From Alphaproteobacteria bacterium (GTDB lineage Bacteria > Pseudomonadota > Alphaproteobacteria > VGEJ01), in the NCBI GenBank assembly GCA_965226045.1, contig CBDDBU010000028.1:1241-65240 (forward strand): a stretch of 64,000 nucleotides of DNA, read 5' to 3'. Each line of letters begins with the position of its first letter. Within the stretch, counting starts at the first letter, position 1. Position numbers and translations under genes: made by a program. This document shows positions 30,153 to 41,413 of the stretch, piece after piece. A model generated the notes under the pieces. It searched no databases. It saw only the letters and a list, made by a program, of their open reading frames with translations, and had not been told where the DNA came from.

Positions 30153-31078
30153 AGGGGCACGCCCATCCGGCCGCTCCCGACAAGGCAAAGCAATCATGCG
30201 GGATGATCGGTTTGCTGGCGTGCCCCAATGCCGGCAAATCGACGTTGCTCAATACCCTGGTTGGCAGCAAGGTGTCGATCGTCACCCATAAGGTGCAGAC
30301 CACACGAAGCCGGATCGTCGGCATCTGCATGCAGGGTAATGCGCAGCTGGTCTTTGTCGACACCCCCGGCATCGTCGCGCCCCGGCGCCGGCTCGAGCAG
30401 GCGATGGTGGAGGCGGCCTGGCGCGGCGCTCGCGGCGCCGATCTTGTTGTCGTCCTGATCGACGCGCAGAGGGGCCTCGACGACTCCACCTCTCTCATAC
30501 TGAAGCGCCTGGCGGGGATGGAGGAAACCGTCGTCGTCGCCATCAATAAAGTCGACCTCGTGAAAAAGGAACGTTTGCTCGATCTGGCCGGCGAGCTCAA
30601 TGCCACCTTCTCGTTGGCGGGTATTTTCATGATATCGGCGCTCACCGGGGACGGCGTCAGCGACCTCAGAGAGTTCTTGGCCGCAGCGGTGCCGGCTGGA
30701 CCATGGCTGTACCCCGCTGATCAGATCTCCGATATCTCGCAACGATTTCTGGCGGCGGAGATCACGCGCGAGAAGCTGTTCCTCAAACTGCATCAAGAGC
30801 TTCCCTACGCCACGACCGTGGAGCCCGAGTCGTGGAAGGAACTGCCAGACGGCAGCGTGCGGATCGAGCAGCTCATCTACGTTCTCCGGGCCAACCAGAA
30901 AGGTATTGTGCTCGGCAAGGGCGGCGCCACCATCAAGGCCATCGGCGAAAGCGCTCGCCGCGATCTCCAGAAGGTGCTTGACCGGCGCGTCCACCTGGTC
31001 CTTTTTGTTAAGGCCCGCCCGGGCTGGCTTGACGAGCCCGAACGCTACCGCGAGATCGGCCTTGAGTTTCCGCGATGA
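30149..31078 (+). CDS. era: GTPase Era
   Basis: P-loop ACPNAGKST, DTPG, NKVD and a KH domain. The GTG start overlaps the rnc stop (GTGA). Confidence 0.85.
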   Translation: MKGHAHPAAPDKAKQSCGMIGLLACPNAGKSTLLNTLVGSKVSIVTHKVQTTRSRIVGICMQGNAQLVFVDTPGIVAPRRRLEQAMVEAAWRGARGADLVVVLIDAQRGLDDSTSLILKRLAGMEETVVVAINKVDLVKKERLLDLAGELNATFSLAGIFMISALTGDGVSDLREFLAAAVPAGPWLYPADQISDISQRFLAAEITREKLFLKLHQELPYATTVEPESWKELPDGSVRIEQLIYVLRANQKGIVLGKGGATIKAIGESARRDLQKVLDRRVHLVLFVKARPGWLDEPERYREIGLEFPR

Positions 31079-31084
31079 GGTACG

Positions 31085-31879
31085 ATGGTGTCGGGGCCGG
31101 GGGAGGGTGCCGAGGCAGCGGCCGTGGAATGGCGCGATGAAGGGGTAATTCTCGCCGTGCACCGGCACGGCGAGGCGGCGGCCGTGGTCGACCTTCTCAC
31201 CAGGGAGCATGGGCGCCACGCGGGCTTGGTACATGGGGGCAACAGCCGGCGGTGGCGCGGCAGTCTCCAGCCCGGCAACCAGGTCACCGCGCGGTGGCGG
31301 TCGCGGCTCGTCGAACAACTCGGAACCTATGCCTGCGAACTGGAGCGCGCTCGCGCCGCCGCGCTATTTCATGACCGCACGGGGTTGGCCGCAATCAGTG
31401 CCGTGTGCGCCCTCTGCGAGATGGCCGTCGCCGAGCGCGCGCCATGTCGCGAGATTTTCGATGGTGTGGTCCACTTCCTCGATGTGCTGGGGGAGGGCGA
31501 TGCGTGGCCGGCGGCCTATGTGCGCTGGGAGGTGGCATTGTTGTCGCACCTGGGGTTCGGGCTCGACTTGACGTGTTGCGCCATCACCGGCCGCACCGAT
31601 GGCCTGGCCTATGTTTCGCCGCGGACCGGGCGGGCGGTGGTCGCGGCGGTCGCGGAGTCCCATCGCCATCGTTTGTTGCCGCTGCCATCGTTCCTAGCCG
31701 GAGATGATGCAACGGCGGTCGCTCCCCATGATATATCTCAAGGGCTGGCCATCACGGGCCACTTCCTTGATCGTCATGTGTTGAGGCCACATGGACGCGC
31801 ACTTCCGCTTGCAAGATCGCGACTTCTTGAGAGACTCGCATCTATTGACACAACATCTGGTGAGGTGGGAGCCCCGTGA
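31085..31879 (+). CDS. recO: DNA repair protein RecO
   Basis: N-terminal OB fold ([10 protein letters not shown]...) and the Cys-containing C-terminal region. Conserved position after era. Confidence 0.8.
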   Translation: MVSGPGEGAEAAAVEWRDEGVILAVHRHGEAAAVVDLLTREHGRHAGLVHGGNSRRWRGSLQPGNQVTARWRSRLVEQLGTYACELERARAAALFHDRTGLAAISAVCALCEMAVAERAPCREIFDGVVHFLDVLGEGDAWPAAYVRWEVALLSHLGFGLDLTCCAITGRTDGLAYVSPRTGRAVVAAVAESHRHRLLPLPSFLAGDDATAVAPHDISQGLAITGHFLDRHVLRPHGRALPLARSRLLERLASIDTTSGEVGAP

Positions 31880-34101
31880 CAAAGGTCGCAGAGAACCACG
31901 TGCAAGAGATCGAGTTCACGACAGCGCTTGAGGATCGCTACCTCGCCTACGCGCTCTCGACGATCACGGGGCGTTCGTTGCCCGACGTCCGCGACGGACT
32001 GAAGCCCGTTCAGCGACGCTTGTTGTTCGCCATGCGTCAGTTGCGCCTCGATCCCAAGTCCGGGTTCAAAAAATGCGCGCGGGTCGTTGGCGATGTCATC
32101 GGCAAGTTTCATCCGCACGGTGACCAAGCGGTGTACGACGCGCTCGTTCGCATGGCGCAGGAGTTCGCGGCGCGGTATCCGCTGGTCGAGGGCCAAGGTA
32201 ATTTCGGCAACGTCGATGGCGATAACGCCGCCGCCATGCGCTACACCGAGGCGCGCTTGAGCGCCGTCGCCGAGGCCCTGCTCGAAGGGATCGACGAGGA
32301 CAGTGTCGATTTCCGCGAGACTTATGACGGCAGCGAACGCGAGCCGGCGGTGCTGCCGGCGGGATTCCCCAATCTCCTGGCCAACGGCGCCACCGGGATC
32401 GCCGTGGGCATGGCGACCAGCATCCCGCCGCACAACATCGGCGAGCTTTGCGACGCGCTGCTGCACCTCATCAAGTACCCCAACGCGACCATCGACAAAC
32501 TCACCGAACTTATTCCAGGCCCCGATATGCCGACCGGCGGGGTCGTGGTCGAGCCGCGCGACAAGATCGTCGAGGCCTATGCGACCGGTCGCGGCAGTTT
32601 TCGTTTGCGGGCCAAGTGGTCGGTCGAGCAACTGGCGCGCGGCCAATATCAGATTGTCGTCACCGAGATCCCCTACCAGGTCCCCAAATCGCGGCTGGTG
32701 GAAAGGATCGCTGAACTGATCCTCGACAAGTCCGTGGGCCTGGTCACCGACGTGCGCGACGAGTCAACCGAGGATGTGCGACTGGTGATCGAGCCGCGCA
32801 GTCGCACCGTCGATGCGAGCGTGGTGATGGAGACGCTGTTTCGCCGCACCGATCTGGAGACCCGCGTCAACCTGAATATGAACGTGCTGGAGGGGGGGCG
32901 CACGCCGCGCGTCATGAACCTCCGCGAGGTGTTGCGCGCCTACCTCGACCACCGCCACGAGGTGCTGGCGCGGCGCACGCGTCATCGACTCGAACACATC
33001 GAACACCGCCTCGATGTGCTCGGTGGCTACTTGGTCGCATTCGCCAATCTGGACGAGGTCATCCGCATCGTACGCGAGGAAGACGATCCGAAGGCGGTGC
33101 TCGTGGCTCGCCTCGGCGTCAATGAGGTACAGGCCGATGCGATCCTGAATTTGCGTTTGCGCGCGCTCCGCCGCTTAGAGCGAATGGGGATCGAGACGGA
33201 GCACGAGGCGTTGTGCTTGAAGCGCCTCGAACTCGAGGCGCTGATCGCGGAGGACGCCAAGCGGTGGCGCGCGATCGCCGACGAGATCAAGGACATACGC
33301 AAGCGTTTTTCGATCGATGACGGCAACGGACGGCGGCGCACGGAAATGGGCCAGGCGCCCCAGCTCGCACCCATCGCCGCCGAGTTCCTGGTGGAGGCCG
33401 AGCCCATCACCGTGGTGTGCTCCGCCAAGGGTTGGATCCGCGCGCTAAGGGGTGCCGACGCCGTGGCCGCCGAAGCCAGATACAAGGACGGCGATCGCCA
33501 CCGCTTTTGGCTGCCCGCGCAAACCACCGACCGGCTGTTGATCTTCGGCACCAACGGTCGCTTCTACACATTGAGCGCCGAGGGGCTGCCGCGTGGGCGA
33601 GGCGACGGCAATCCGGTTCGTCTCATGATCGATCTTGGCGAAGAAGAGGATATCGTCGCCATGCTGGTTCATCGGCCGGGGCGAACGCTTGTGGTCGCGG
33701 CGAGCGATGGCCGAGGCTTCCTGGTTGCGGAGGATGACGTTGTGGCCCATACCCGCGCCGGCAAGCAGGTCCTCAACGTGAGGCCGCCGGTTGAAGCGCA
33801 GGTTTGCCGCCCCGGCGAGGGCGATTCGCTTGCCGTGGTGGGCGAGAACCGCAAGCTGCTGATGTTCGCGGTGGATGCGGTGCCGACGATGAGCCGGGGG
33901 CGGGGAGTGGTACTACAGCGGTACGTCGATGGGGGGCTGAGCGACGCCATCGTTTTCAATCTCGCCGAGGGCGTGTCATGGAGCGCCGGCGAGCGCCAGC
34001 GCACCGAGAGGGATGTCAGCCACTGGCAGGGGAAACGGGGCCAGGCCGGCCGCGTCGCGCCCCGCGGCTTTCCACGCTCGAACCGGTTTAGCCAAGGATA
34101 G
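31876..34101 (+). CDS. parC: DNA topoisomerase IV subunit A
   Basis: 741 aa with the GyrA/ParC N-terminal domain (active-site Tyr region ...[11 protein letters not shown]). No GyrA box or beta-pinwheel repeat conservation, consistent with ParC. Confidence 0.85.
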   Translation: MTKVAENHVQEIEFTTALEDRYLAYALSTITGRSLPDVRDGLKPVQRRLLFAMRQLRLDPKSGFKKCARVVGDVIGKFHPHGDQAVYDALVRMAQEFAARYPLVEGQGNFGNVDGDNAAAMRYTEARLSAVAEALLEGIDEDSVDFRETYDGSEREPAVLPAGFPNLLANGATGIAVGMATSIPPHNIGELCDALLHLIKYPNATIDKLTELIPGPDMPTGGVVVEPRDKIVEAYATGRGSFRLRAKWSVEQLARGQYQIVVTEIPYQVPKSRLVERIAELILDKSVGLVTDVRDESTEDVRLVIEPRSRTVDASVVMETLFRRTDLETRVNLNMNVLEGGRTPRVMNLREVLRAYLDHRHEVLARRTRHRLEHIEHRLDVLGGYLVAFANLDEVIRIVREEDDPKAVLVARLGVNEVQADAILNLRLRALRRLERMGIETEHEALCLKRLELEALIAEDAKRWRAIADEIKDIRKRFSIDDGNGRRRTEMGQAPQLAPIAAEFLVEAEPITVVCSAKGWIRALRGADAVAAEARYKDGDRHRFWLPAQTTDRLLIFGTNGRFYTLSAEGLPRGRGDGNPVRLMIDLGEEEDIVAMLVHRPGRTLVVAASDGRGFLVAEDDVVAHTRAGKQVLNVRPPVEAQVCRPGEGDSLAVVGENRKLLMFAVDAVPTMSRGRGVVLQRYVDGGLSDAIVFNLAEGVSWSAGERQRTERDVSHWQGKRGQAGRVAPRGFPRSNRFSQG

Positions 34102-34192
34102 GGCGCTGGAGAATCGCAGCGGCGTGCGCCAGCCGAACCCAGCTTCGACATACTTGCACGAGCTGGTCCCGAACGTCTGACCGGGGGTAGAT

Positions 34193-34738
34193 GTGCGCGC
34201 GCTAGCGAGATTCGTTGGGTTTGTCGGCAAGCTCATGGAGACGGTCGGGCGCGGGGTGGCGTGGCTCACCCTGGCGATGGTGCTGACCACTTTCCTTGTC
34301 GTTGTGCTGCGATACGGATTTGCCCTTGGCTGGGTCTGGATGCAGGAGACATATGTCTGGCTGCACGGCATCGTTTTCATGATCGGCGCGGGCTACACGC
34401 TCCTCCACGACGACCACGTACGGGTCGATATTTTCTATCGCCCTGCCAGTCCGCGCCATAAGGCGCTGGTGGATCTGCTCGGCGTCTTCGTCCTGCTGCT
34501 GCCGGTGCTTGCTATCGTCGCCTACGTCGCGTGGCCCTATGTCATCGAGTCGTGGAGTAAGTTGGAGGGTTCGCGCGAGGCCGGCGGTCTGCCCGGGCTC
34601 TTTCTCCTGAAGACAATGATTCTCGGCTTTTGCGCGCTGGTGGCTCTGCAGGGCCTGGCGCTGGCGGCTCGCGGCATCCTCATCCTGGCGGGACGCGCTG
34701 AGTTCGCGGCCGTGGAAGTGGATCGCGAGGTCGTGTAG
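34193..34738 (+). CDS. dctQ: TRAP transporter small permease (DctQ family)
   Basis: 181 aa with four TM helices, directly upstream of dctM. Confidence 0.8.
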   Translation: MRALARFVGFVGKLMETVGRGVAWLTLAMVLTTFLVVVLRYGFALGWVWMQETYVWLHGIVFMIGAGYTLLHDDHVRVDIFYRPASPRHKALVDLLGVFVLLLPVLAIVAYVAWPYVIESWSKLEGSREAGGLPGLFLLKTMILGFCALVALQGLALAARGILILAGRAEFAAVEVDREVV

Positions 34739-34740
34739 CC

Positions 34741-36114
34741 ATGGCGGCCGAAGTCCTCGCCCTCGTCATGTTCGCCGCCACATGCGGCATCCTGTTGCTT
34801 GGCTTCCCGGTGGCCTTCTCGCTGGCGGGCTCGGCGCTGATCTTCGCCGTTATCGGTGCTCTCACCGGCACTTTCGATCTTCGCCTTATGGGCATACTGG
34901 GGTCGCGCTATTTCGGCGTCATGGTCAACGAGGTGCTGGTCGCGGTACCGCTATTCGTCTTCATGGGGGTGATGCTGGAACGCTCCAAGCTGGCAGAGGA
35001 ACTCCTCGCCACCATGGCGATGTTGTTCGGCCGTCGCCGAGGAGGGCTCGGCATCTCGGTGATTCTGGTCGGTGCGCTGCTGGCCGCGTCGACCGGAATC
35101 GTCGGCGCCACTGTCGTCACCATGGGGCTTTTGAGCCTGCCGACGATGCTGCGCACTGGTTACAACCCCAAGCTCGCCGCCGGTCTGATCTGCTCGTCGG
35201 GGACCTTGGGGCAGATCATACCGCCCTCGATCGTTCTGGTGCTGCTGGGCGACATCCTCCAGGGCGCCAATAGCCAAGCTCAGCTGGCGCTGGGGAATTT
35301 TGCGCCCGAGCCGGTGGCTGTCGTGGATCTCTTCGCCGGGGCCTTCATTCCCGGCATCCTGCTCGTGCTCTTGTACATCGGTTGGCAGATTGTCGTCGCG
35401 ATCGTGCGGCCGGAGTGGTGTCCGCCGATCGACCAAGAGTCCGATGGCGTGTCGGCGCTTCAGATCGCGAAGGTCTTGGCGCCGCCGGCTCTGCTCATGG
35501 CCGCAGTGCTGGGCTCGATCTTGGTGGGAATCGCGACCCCCACGGAATCGGCGGCCGTCGGCGCGGTGGGCGCGATGCTGCTCGCGGCCTTGCGGCGCCG
35601 GCTTGCGCTAGCGGTGCTGAAGGACGTCATGCGCACGACCACCCGCATCACGTCGATGGTCTTCGTCATCTTGTTAGGGGCGTCGCTGTTCTCGCTCACG
35701 TTTCGGGGCTTCGGCGGCGATGACATGATCGCACGGCTCCTGACCGACCTGCCCGGTGGGGTATTCACCGCAATGCTCATTGTCATGGCGGTAATGTTCG
35801 TCTTGGGATTCTTCCTCGATTTCATCGAGATCGTCTTCGTCGTCGTCCCGATCGTGGGGCCGATCCTGCTTCAGATGGAACTGAATCCGATTTGGCTCGG
35901 CGTCATGATCGCGCTTAACCTTCAAACCTCGTTCCTGACGCCGCCCTTCGGGTTCGCGCTGTTCTATCTACGCGGCGTGGCGCCGCCCAGTGTCGCGACA
36001 ATGGACATCTATCGGGGCGTCGCGCCTTTCGTGGTCATTCAGCTGGTTGGGCTCGGCGTGGTCGCCGCGTTCCCCAGCCTTGCCACGTGGTTGCCCAAGG
36101 TCCTGTTCGGTTGA
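34741..36114 (+). CDS. dctM: TRAP transporter large permease (DctM family)
   Basis: 457 aa, a 12-TM DctM pattern. Confidence 0.85.
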   Translation: MAAEVLALVMFAATCGILLLGFPVAFSLAGSALIFAVIGALTGTFDLRLMGILGSRYFGVMVNEVLVAVPLFVFMGVMLERSKLAEELLATMAMLFGRRRGGLGISVILVGALLAASTGIVGATVVTMGLLSLPTMLRTGYNPKLAAGLICSSGTLGQIIPPSIVLVLLGDILQGANSQAQLALGNFAPEPVAVVDLFAGAFIPGILLVLLYIGWQIVVAIVRPEWCPPIDQESDGVSALQIAKVLAPPALLMAAVLGSILVGIATPTESAAVGAVGAMLLAALRRRLALAVLKDVMRTTTRITSMVFVILLGASLFSLTFRGFGGDDMIARLLTDLPGGVFTAMLIVMAVMFVLGFFLDFIEIVFVVVPIVGPILLQMELNPIWLGVMIALNLQTSFLTPPFGFALFYLRGVAPPSVATMDIYRGVAPFVVIQLVGLGVVAAFPSLATWLPKVLFG

Positions 36115-36130
36115 CACGGGGACAGCGGAA

Positions 36131-36153
36131 AACGGCGGGCTGAGCCCGCCGTT
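36131..36153. terminator. GC-rich hairpin between convergent dctM and dctP (probable bidirectional terminator)
   Basis: AACGGCGGGCT-gag-CCCGCCGTT gives a perfect 9-10 bp stem. No U-tract, as is common in high-GC genomes. Confidence 0.5.
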
Positions 36154-36180
36154 CGCCACCGCGATTGTGGTATCGCCGGT

Positions 36181-37299
36181 TCAGCCGCCGACCGGCTCGG
36201 CGAATTTGAAGCCGAGCGCGCGCGACGTGAGATAGGCTTGCTCTGAGATCTTCGACCACGCGATCGTGTCCTTGCGGAACGTCAGGATGTGATCCATCAC
36301 CTTGCGACTCAGTGGATCGTCCGAGGCGAGGTCGTTCATGACCTGACCCGCTAGCGCCCCCAAGTGGTTGAGCAAGCTGTCGGGGAATTTCTTGAGGATG
36401 ACCCCGTGCGTATTGATGAGTGCAGAGAGCGCGGCGTTGTTGCGGGCGACGAACTCGCTCAGCACAAGTTGATTGACGGCCGTATTCGCGGCTTCGACCA
36501 GCACCTTCAGATCGTCGGGCAGCTTCTCCCATGCCGCGAGGTTGACGAAGTTGTCGAGACACGTCGCCGGTTCGTGCCAGCCGGGGTAGTAGTAGAACTT
36601 GGCGCTCTTATAGAGACCGAAGGCGAGATCGTTGTAGGGGCCGACCCATTCGGTCGCATCGATCGCGCCCGAGGACAGCGCCGGCGGGATCTCACCGCCC
36701 GGCAGGTTAACGACGTTGCCACCGGCGGCCTTCACCACCTCGCCCCCGAGGCCCGGAATGCGCATTTTCAGGCCCTTGTAGTCATCGGGCCCGTTGATCT
36801 CTTTGTTGAACCAGCCGCCCATCTGTACGCCGGTATTACCGGACGGAAAGAACTTGCAGCCCAGCTCCCGATAGACTTCGTCCGCCAACGCTTGCCCACC
36901 GCCGTGCTGGAACCACCCGTTCATTTCCTGTGCGGTCAAACCAAAAGGCATTGAGGCAATGAACTGCGATGCTGGCACCTTGCCCTTCCAGTAGTAGGGC
37001 GCGCCGTGGCCCATCTCCACGGTCCCGCCAGAGACGGCGTCCATGGCCTCGAACGCCGGTACGATTTCGCCCGCGCCGAAGACCTTAACCGTCAGCCGCC
37101 CGCCCGACCCGCGGGTGATAAGATCACCCAACAAGTTGGCGCCGGTGCCGAGGCCAGGGAAGTTCTTCGGCCAAGTTGTCACCAGTCGCCATTCTATGCG
37201 CCCTTGGGAAAGGGCGGGCGTCGGAAAATTAGAGGCGACCGCCGTCGCGCCCGCGACACCGGAAACGGCGGCTCCCTTTAGGAATGAACGGCGTTTCAT
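36181..37299 (-). CDS. dctP: TRAP transporter substrate-binding protein (DctP family, Tat signal)
   Basis: RRSFLKGAAVSGVAGATAVA is a twin-arginine signal. DctP-type periplasmic receptor fold pattern. Confidence 0.8.
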   Translation of the reverse strand: MKRRSFLKGAAVSGVAGATAVASNFPTPALSQGRIEWRLVTTWPKNFPGLGTGANLLGDLITRGSGGRLTVKVFGAGEIVPAFEAMDAVSGGTVEMGHGAPYYWKGKVPASQFIASMPFGLTAQEMNGWFQHGGGQALADEVYRELGCKFFPSGNTGVQMGGWFNKEINGPDDYKGLKMRIPGLGGEVVKAAGGNVVNLPGGEIPPALSSGAIDATEWVGPYNDLAFGLYKSAKFYYYPGWHEPATCLDNFVNLAAWEKLPDDLKVLVEAANTAVNQLVLSEFVARNNAALSALINTHGVILKKFPDSLLNHLGALAGQVMNDLASDDPLSRKVMDHILTFRKDTIAWSKISEQAYLTSRALGFKFAEPVGG

Positions 37300-37346
37300 C
37301 TGCTCCCCCTGTTTTGCGTTGACCTCACACGACCCGTGTCGCTACA

Positions 37347-38084
37347 TCATACCGCCGAACCGCTTGGCCGCATCGGCGCCCATCGCTCGGCGACGTAGGC
37401 TTCAAGCGGCTGAAAGCGGCTCTTGTAGCTCATCTTGGGACTGTTGGCGATCCAATATCCCAGGTAGACGTAGTCAAGCCCGAGGCGCGTCGCCTCTTCG
37501 ATGTGCCATATGATAAGATAAGTTCCAGGGCTCACCGCGGCCGCATCTGGATCAAAGAAACTGTAGACCAGGGACAGCCCATCGCGGAGGCGATCGCTCA
37601 AACAGACGGCGTAAAGTTCATCCCGCTGGTCGCGATATTCGACCAGGAATGTGTCGACGGCGGTCTCCTCGATCATCGCTTGGTACTCGGCGATATCCAT
37701 CCGCGCCATGCCGCCATCGCCGTGTCGCTCTATTTGATAGCGCTGAAACAGACGAAAATGATCGGTCTTGGTCGCGGCCGGTCCGACTTGGGCGGAGATC
37801 CCAGCGTTGCGGGCCAGCACCCGCCGCATCGACCGAGTCGGTTGAAAATCGGCCACCCGGACCCGCACGGCGACGCACGCATTACAGCTGTCGCAGCGCG
37901 GCCGATAGGCGATGCCGTGACTGCGGCGAAACCCGACCTCGGACAGGTTCTCGTGCAGCAAGTTCGCGTCCGGTCCCGCGAGCATCGTGAATAGCTTGCG
38001 CTCCAATCTCCCCGGCAGATAGGGGCACGGCATCGGCGGAGTTCTGTAGAACTGTCTGAGCTGTGCGAACTCGATGGGTTTCAT
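37347..38084 (-). CDS. bpt: Arginyl-tRNA--protein transferase, bacterial type (Bpt; aspartate/glutamate leucyltransferase)
   Basis: 245 aa with the ATE_N/ATE_C pattern (CPYLPGR...FYRT...YLGYWI). Confidence 0.75.
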   Translation of the reverse strand: MKPIEFAQLRQFYRTPPMPCPYLPGRLERKLFTMLAGPDANLLHENLSEVGFRRSHGIAYRPRCDSCNACVAVRVRVADFQPTRSMRRVLARNAGISAQVGPAATKTDHFRLFQRYQIERHGDGGMARMDIAEYQAMIEETAVDTFLVEYRDQRDELYAVCLSDRLRDGLSLVYSFFDPDAAAVSPGTYLIIWHIEEATRLGLDYVYLGYWIANSPKMSYKSRFQPLEAYVAERWAPMRPSGSAV

Positions 38085-38112
38085 CGTCGGTCAGTCGCCT
38101 CTCCACCGTTGG

Positions 38113-39924
38113 CTACCGCAGGCCATAGTACCACGGCGCGAACAGCGAAAACGCAACCCACATTAAGACGACAAGTGGCAGGCCGGCGCGCACGAAGTCG
38201 CTGAAGCGATAGTGACCTGGGGCCATGACCAGAAGGTTGGTCTGGTAGCTCATCGGTGTCGCGAATGAGCAGTTCGCCGCGAAAATCAGAGCGTACAGAA
38301 AAATGCTCGGATCGATCCCGAGTTCTGCGGCGACGTTTATCGCGATCGGCGCGAACAGCACGGCCGTGGCGTTGTTGCTGAGAACGTTGGTGAATGCCGC
38401 CACCAACAGGAAGAAGGCCGACAGGACCACCTCGGGTCCGGCCGCACCCAGTGTCGACACCAGTACCTGCGCGAGGAATTGGGCGCCGCCTGTTGCTTCG
38501 AGCGCTCCGCCGAGGGCGAGCGCCGCGCCCACGAGGAAGATCACCCGCCGGTCGATGGCGCGCGCCGCCTGGTGAATGTTGAGACATCTCACGGCGACCA
38601 TGGCAGCCGCGCCCGTGACGGCCGCGACCACGATAGGGACTAAGCCACTGGCCGCGAACCCGACGACCAGCAGAAAGATGAGCGTGGCCCGGCCCGAGCG
38701 CGTCCGATCGACCAGCTCCCGTGTCGAGCGCTCAAGCAGCAGAACGTCGCGGTTGACCCGCAGGGCCATGACGCGGGCCGTCGTCCCGAGCACCAAGAGG
38801 ACGTCGCCCGCATCCAACCTAATCTCGTCCATGCGCGCGCGAATCATGCGGGAACGTCGCTGAATCCCGAGCACGATGCAGTGGGTCTGGTAGTGGAATC
38901 CCAACTGAGCGAGGTCCCGTCCGATCATCCGGGAAGCGGGCGCCACCACGACCTCGCCCAGTATCTGGTCACCGGGTTCGCCGCTCGCGCCCTTCAGAAG
39001 TTTGGGAGTGGTCTCCAACACATGGGTCAACGCCTTACGGGTCGCGGCGACAACCACCTCGTCGCCGGACCGCAAGGCGACGCCGTCGAACGGCGGCAGA
39101 AACGCGTGTTCACCCCGCTGAATCAGACGAACCGTCATTTCGGGAAGGGAGGAAAACATCCCGGCGGTGGTTGTCTGACCGACCAGGGGACTGCCAGATA
39201 CGACGGCGATCTGCGTCAGATACTGCTTGCCATCGCCTTCCATCAGTTCACGCACCGGCGAGGCGCGGTCGGGCAGGATGCGCGGCACGACCAGAACCAC
39301 GTACGTGATGCCAACCAACGCCAGCACCGCGCCCGGAATGGTGAAGTCGAAGAAACCGATCGGCGGATGGCCGAGACTCATCGCGGTGCTGGAGACGAGA
39401 AGATTGGTGCTCGACCCAATCATCGTCGTCATCCCACCAAGTATGGCGGCGAAGCTCAACGGCATCATCAAACCGCTCACCGAGCCGCCGAGCCGGTCGG
39501 AAAGCGCCGTAATGATGGGAACGAAGATGACGACGACGGGGGTGTTGTTAAGAACCGCGCTGAGCACCAAGACGGCGACCAGCGTCAACGCGACCGTGCC
39601 GTTCGGATGACGGCGGCGCAAGACGACCAGTCGTCGGACGAAGTGGTCGAGCGCTCCGGTTCGGACCATGCCCTGCCCGATGACCAGCAAGGCCACGACC
39701 GCCATCAGTGCCGGGTTGGCGAAGCCGGCCAAAACGCGCTCGGCGTCGAGCTGATTGGCTGCCCCGGTCGCGGGAAGGGGAAAGAGATGGAAGAAGACCA
39801 GCAGGATCGCCACAATTCCCGCCGAGGTGAGCTCGATGGACACCCGCTCGGAGGCGTAGGCCACGACCGCGGCGACGATCAGGGCCAGTGTCACCCAAAT
39901 CTCGAAGGTGGCGGAGACGGACGT
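38113..39924 (-). CDS. SLC13/DASS-family anion transporter with tandem TrkA-C domains
   Basis: N-terminal and C-terminal transporter halves flank two TrkA_C-like soluble domains. ~603 aa, intact. Confidence 0.75.
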   Translation of the reverse strand, partial: TSVSATFEIWVTLALIVAAVVAYASERVSIELTSAGIVAILLVFFHLFPLPATGAANQLDAERVLAGFANPALMAVVALLVIGQGMVRTGALDHFVRRLVVLRRRHPNGTVALTLVAVLVLSAVLNNTPVVVIFVPIITALSDRLGGSVSGLMMPLSFAAILGGMTTMIGSSTNLLVSSTAMSLGHPPIGFFDFTIPGAVLALVGITYVVLVVPRILPDRASPVRELMEGDGKQYLTQIAVVSGSPLVGQTTTAGMFSSLPEMTVRLIQRGEHAFLPPFDGVALRSGDEVVVAATRKALTHVLETTPKLLKGASGEPGDQILGEVVVAPASRMIGRDLAQLGFHYQTHCIVLGIQRRSRMIRARMDEIRLDAGDVLLVLGTTARVMALRVNRDVLLLERSTRELVDRTRSGRATLIFLLVVGFAASGLVPIVVAAVTGAAAMVAVRCLNIHQAARAIDRRVIFLVGAALALGGALEATGGAQFLAQVLVSTLGAAGPEVVLSAFFLLVAAFTNVLSNNATAVLFAPIAINVAAELGIDPSIFLYALIFAANCSFATPMSYQTNLLVMAPGHYRFSDFVRAGLPLVVLMWVAFSLFAPWYYGLR

Positions 39925-39935
39925 CATGGCATCGA

Positions 39936-40457
39936 TTATAGCGATCGATGTTCGGTGCGGGTCGATCGGCTCCGATAGCGGAGTCGGGTCGCGCGCGCCG
40001 CCGTATTCACCACCAGCATTCCGCAAAGATAGTCGTGGACAGTTCGTCCCCGATCATTGAATAGGGCAATGCCCAGGACTAGCAGCACCGTCAGGCCGGT
40101 ACAGAGGTAGAACAGCCCGGTCCACAGCGCTGCGCGCAAGTACGATGGAGGGCGGCCGTCAATCCGCACCGCGCGAAGGCCGCACAACCGCATGCCGAGC
40201 GTGGCCGACCGATCGCCGCCGAGCGTGACGATATGATATGCGAGCGGAATGAGGGCGTAGAACGGCGCCAGAGTCGGCGAGAGGATACCAAAGGTCAAGA
40301 TTTCGGCGATGGTGGCGGCCGCGCCGAAGCCAAGTAGCACCGTGACGATCAGCACGCCGTCGATACAAAACGCGAGAACGCGCCGGGCAAGTGCCCCTTC
40401 GTATAGTTCGGGTGATTCCTCGAGCGGGGGTGGCGCGGCGGTCCACGCCGCGTTCAC
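39936..40457 (-). CDS. RDD-family membrane protein
   Basis: RDD motif region (RRVLAFCIDG...) with 3 TM helices. A GTG start is assumed (start uncertain). Confidence 0.5.
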   Translation of the reverse strand: MNAAWTAAPPPLEESPELYEGALARRVLAFCIDGVLIVTVLLGFGAAATIAEILTFGILSPTLAPFYALIPLAYHIVTLGGDRSATLGMRLCGLRAVRIDGRPPSYLRAALWTGLFYLCTGLTVLLVLGIALFNDRGRTVHDYLCGMLVVNTAARATRLRYRSRSTRTEHRSL

Positions 40458-40521
40458 CTGCGCAGACCCGTCGGCGCCACGAAGCGGATCGTCGCGTCCA
40501 TGCCAGCGGCTAGTTGGGTGG

Positions 40522-41385
40522 TTATACCGGCGCCTGGCGCTGGAGGACAATGCTGATCCGCCGGTCTTCCGGCAGGAATGGATTCTCAGCGATGAGGGGC
40601 TCCTGGTCAGCACGTCCCGCCACCTCGCCGACGCGCTCCGGATCGACGCCGGCCACGACTAAGGCGCGGCGGGCCGCGTTGGCGCGGTCAGCCGAGAGTT
40701 CCCAGTTCGTGTAGCCGTCTCCAGTCCCGAACGAGGTCGCGTCCGTATGGTCGGTGATGAGGATGCGATTGGGCATGCTGTTGACGACTTTGGCGATTTG
40801 GGACAGCAGTATCGTAGTCCGCTCAGGTATTTCCGAGCTGCCGCTTGGGAACATAGCGCCGCCTTCGCGATCGACGACTTGAATGCGCAGCCCTTCCGGC
40901 GTCATATCGATTATCAGACGATCGCTGAGTTCGTCGAGCGCGGGATCCGCGTCGATCGCCTGGCGGATCGCGGCCTGTGCTTCCTCGAAGGCCTCCTCCT
41001 CCAGGCGCCGTTGCAACCCCTCCACATCTTCGGCGTCGGCCTCTCCAGCACCGCTCGACGGGGAGGGCGCTATCCGCATGACGACCGTCGGCGCGCGCGA
41101 ATCGGACTGGTTGGGGCCCTGTATCAACAGCCCGGTGTCGCCCATGATGCCGCCGGTACCGCTGGACGAGACACTGAACGAGGCCGGCGTGAAGTATTCG
41201 GCGACGCCACGCTTCTGCTCCTCACTGGTGGCAGCGACCAGCCACATCAAAAGGAAAAAGGCCATCATCGCGGTGACGAAGTCCGCATAGGCGATTTTCC
41301 AGGCGCCGCCGTGATGGCCGCCGTGGCCGCCCTTCTTGACCTTCTTGATGATGACCGGCTGGCCGGCCCCGTGGGCATCGCTCAT
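40522..41385 (-). CDS. motB: Flagellar motor stator protein MotB (OmpA-like C-terminal domain)
   Basis: N-terminal WKIAYADFVTAMMAFFLLMWL plug/TM region and a C-terminal OmpA-like peptidoglycan-binding domain. RBS GAGGG lies upstream. Confidence 0.85.
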   Translation of the reverse strand: MSDAHGAGQPVIIKKVKKGGHGGHHGGAWKIAYADFVTAMMAFFLLMWLVAATSEEQKRGVAEYFTPASFSVSSSGTGGIMGDTGLLIQGPNQSDSRAPTVVMRIAPSPSSGAGEADAEDVEGLQRRLEEEAFEEAQAAIRQAIDADPALDELSDRLIIDMTPEGLRIQVVDREGGAMFPSGSSEIPERTTILLSQIAKVVNSMPNRILITDHTDATSFGTGDGYTNWELSADRANAARRALVVAGVDPERVGEVAGRADQEPLIAENPFLPEDRRISIVLQRQAPV

Positions 41386-41413
41386 GGTTTGGCCCTCACG
41401 GTTTTACCCTTAG

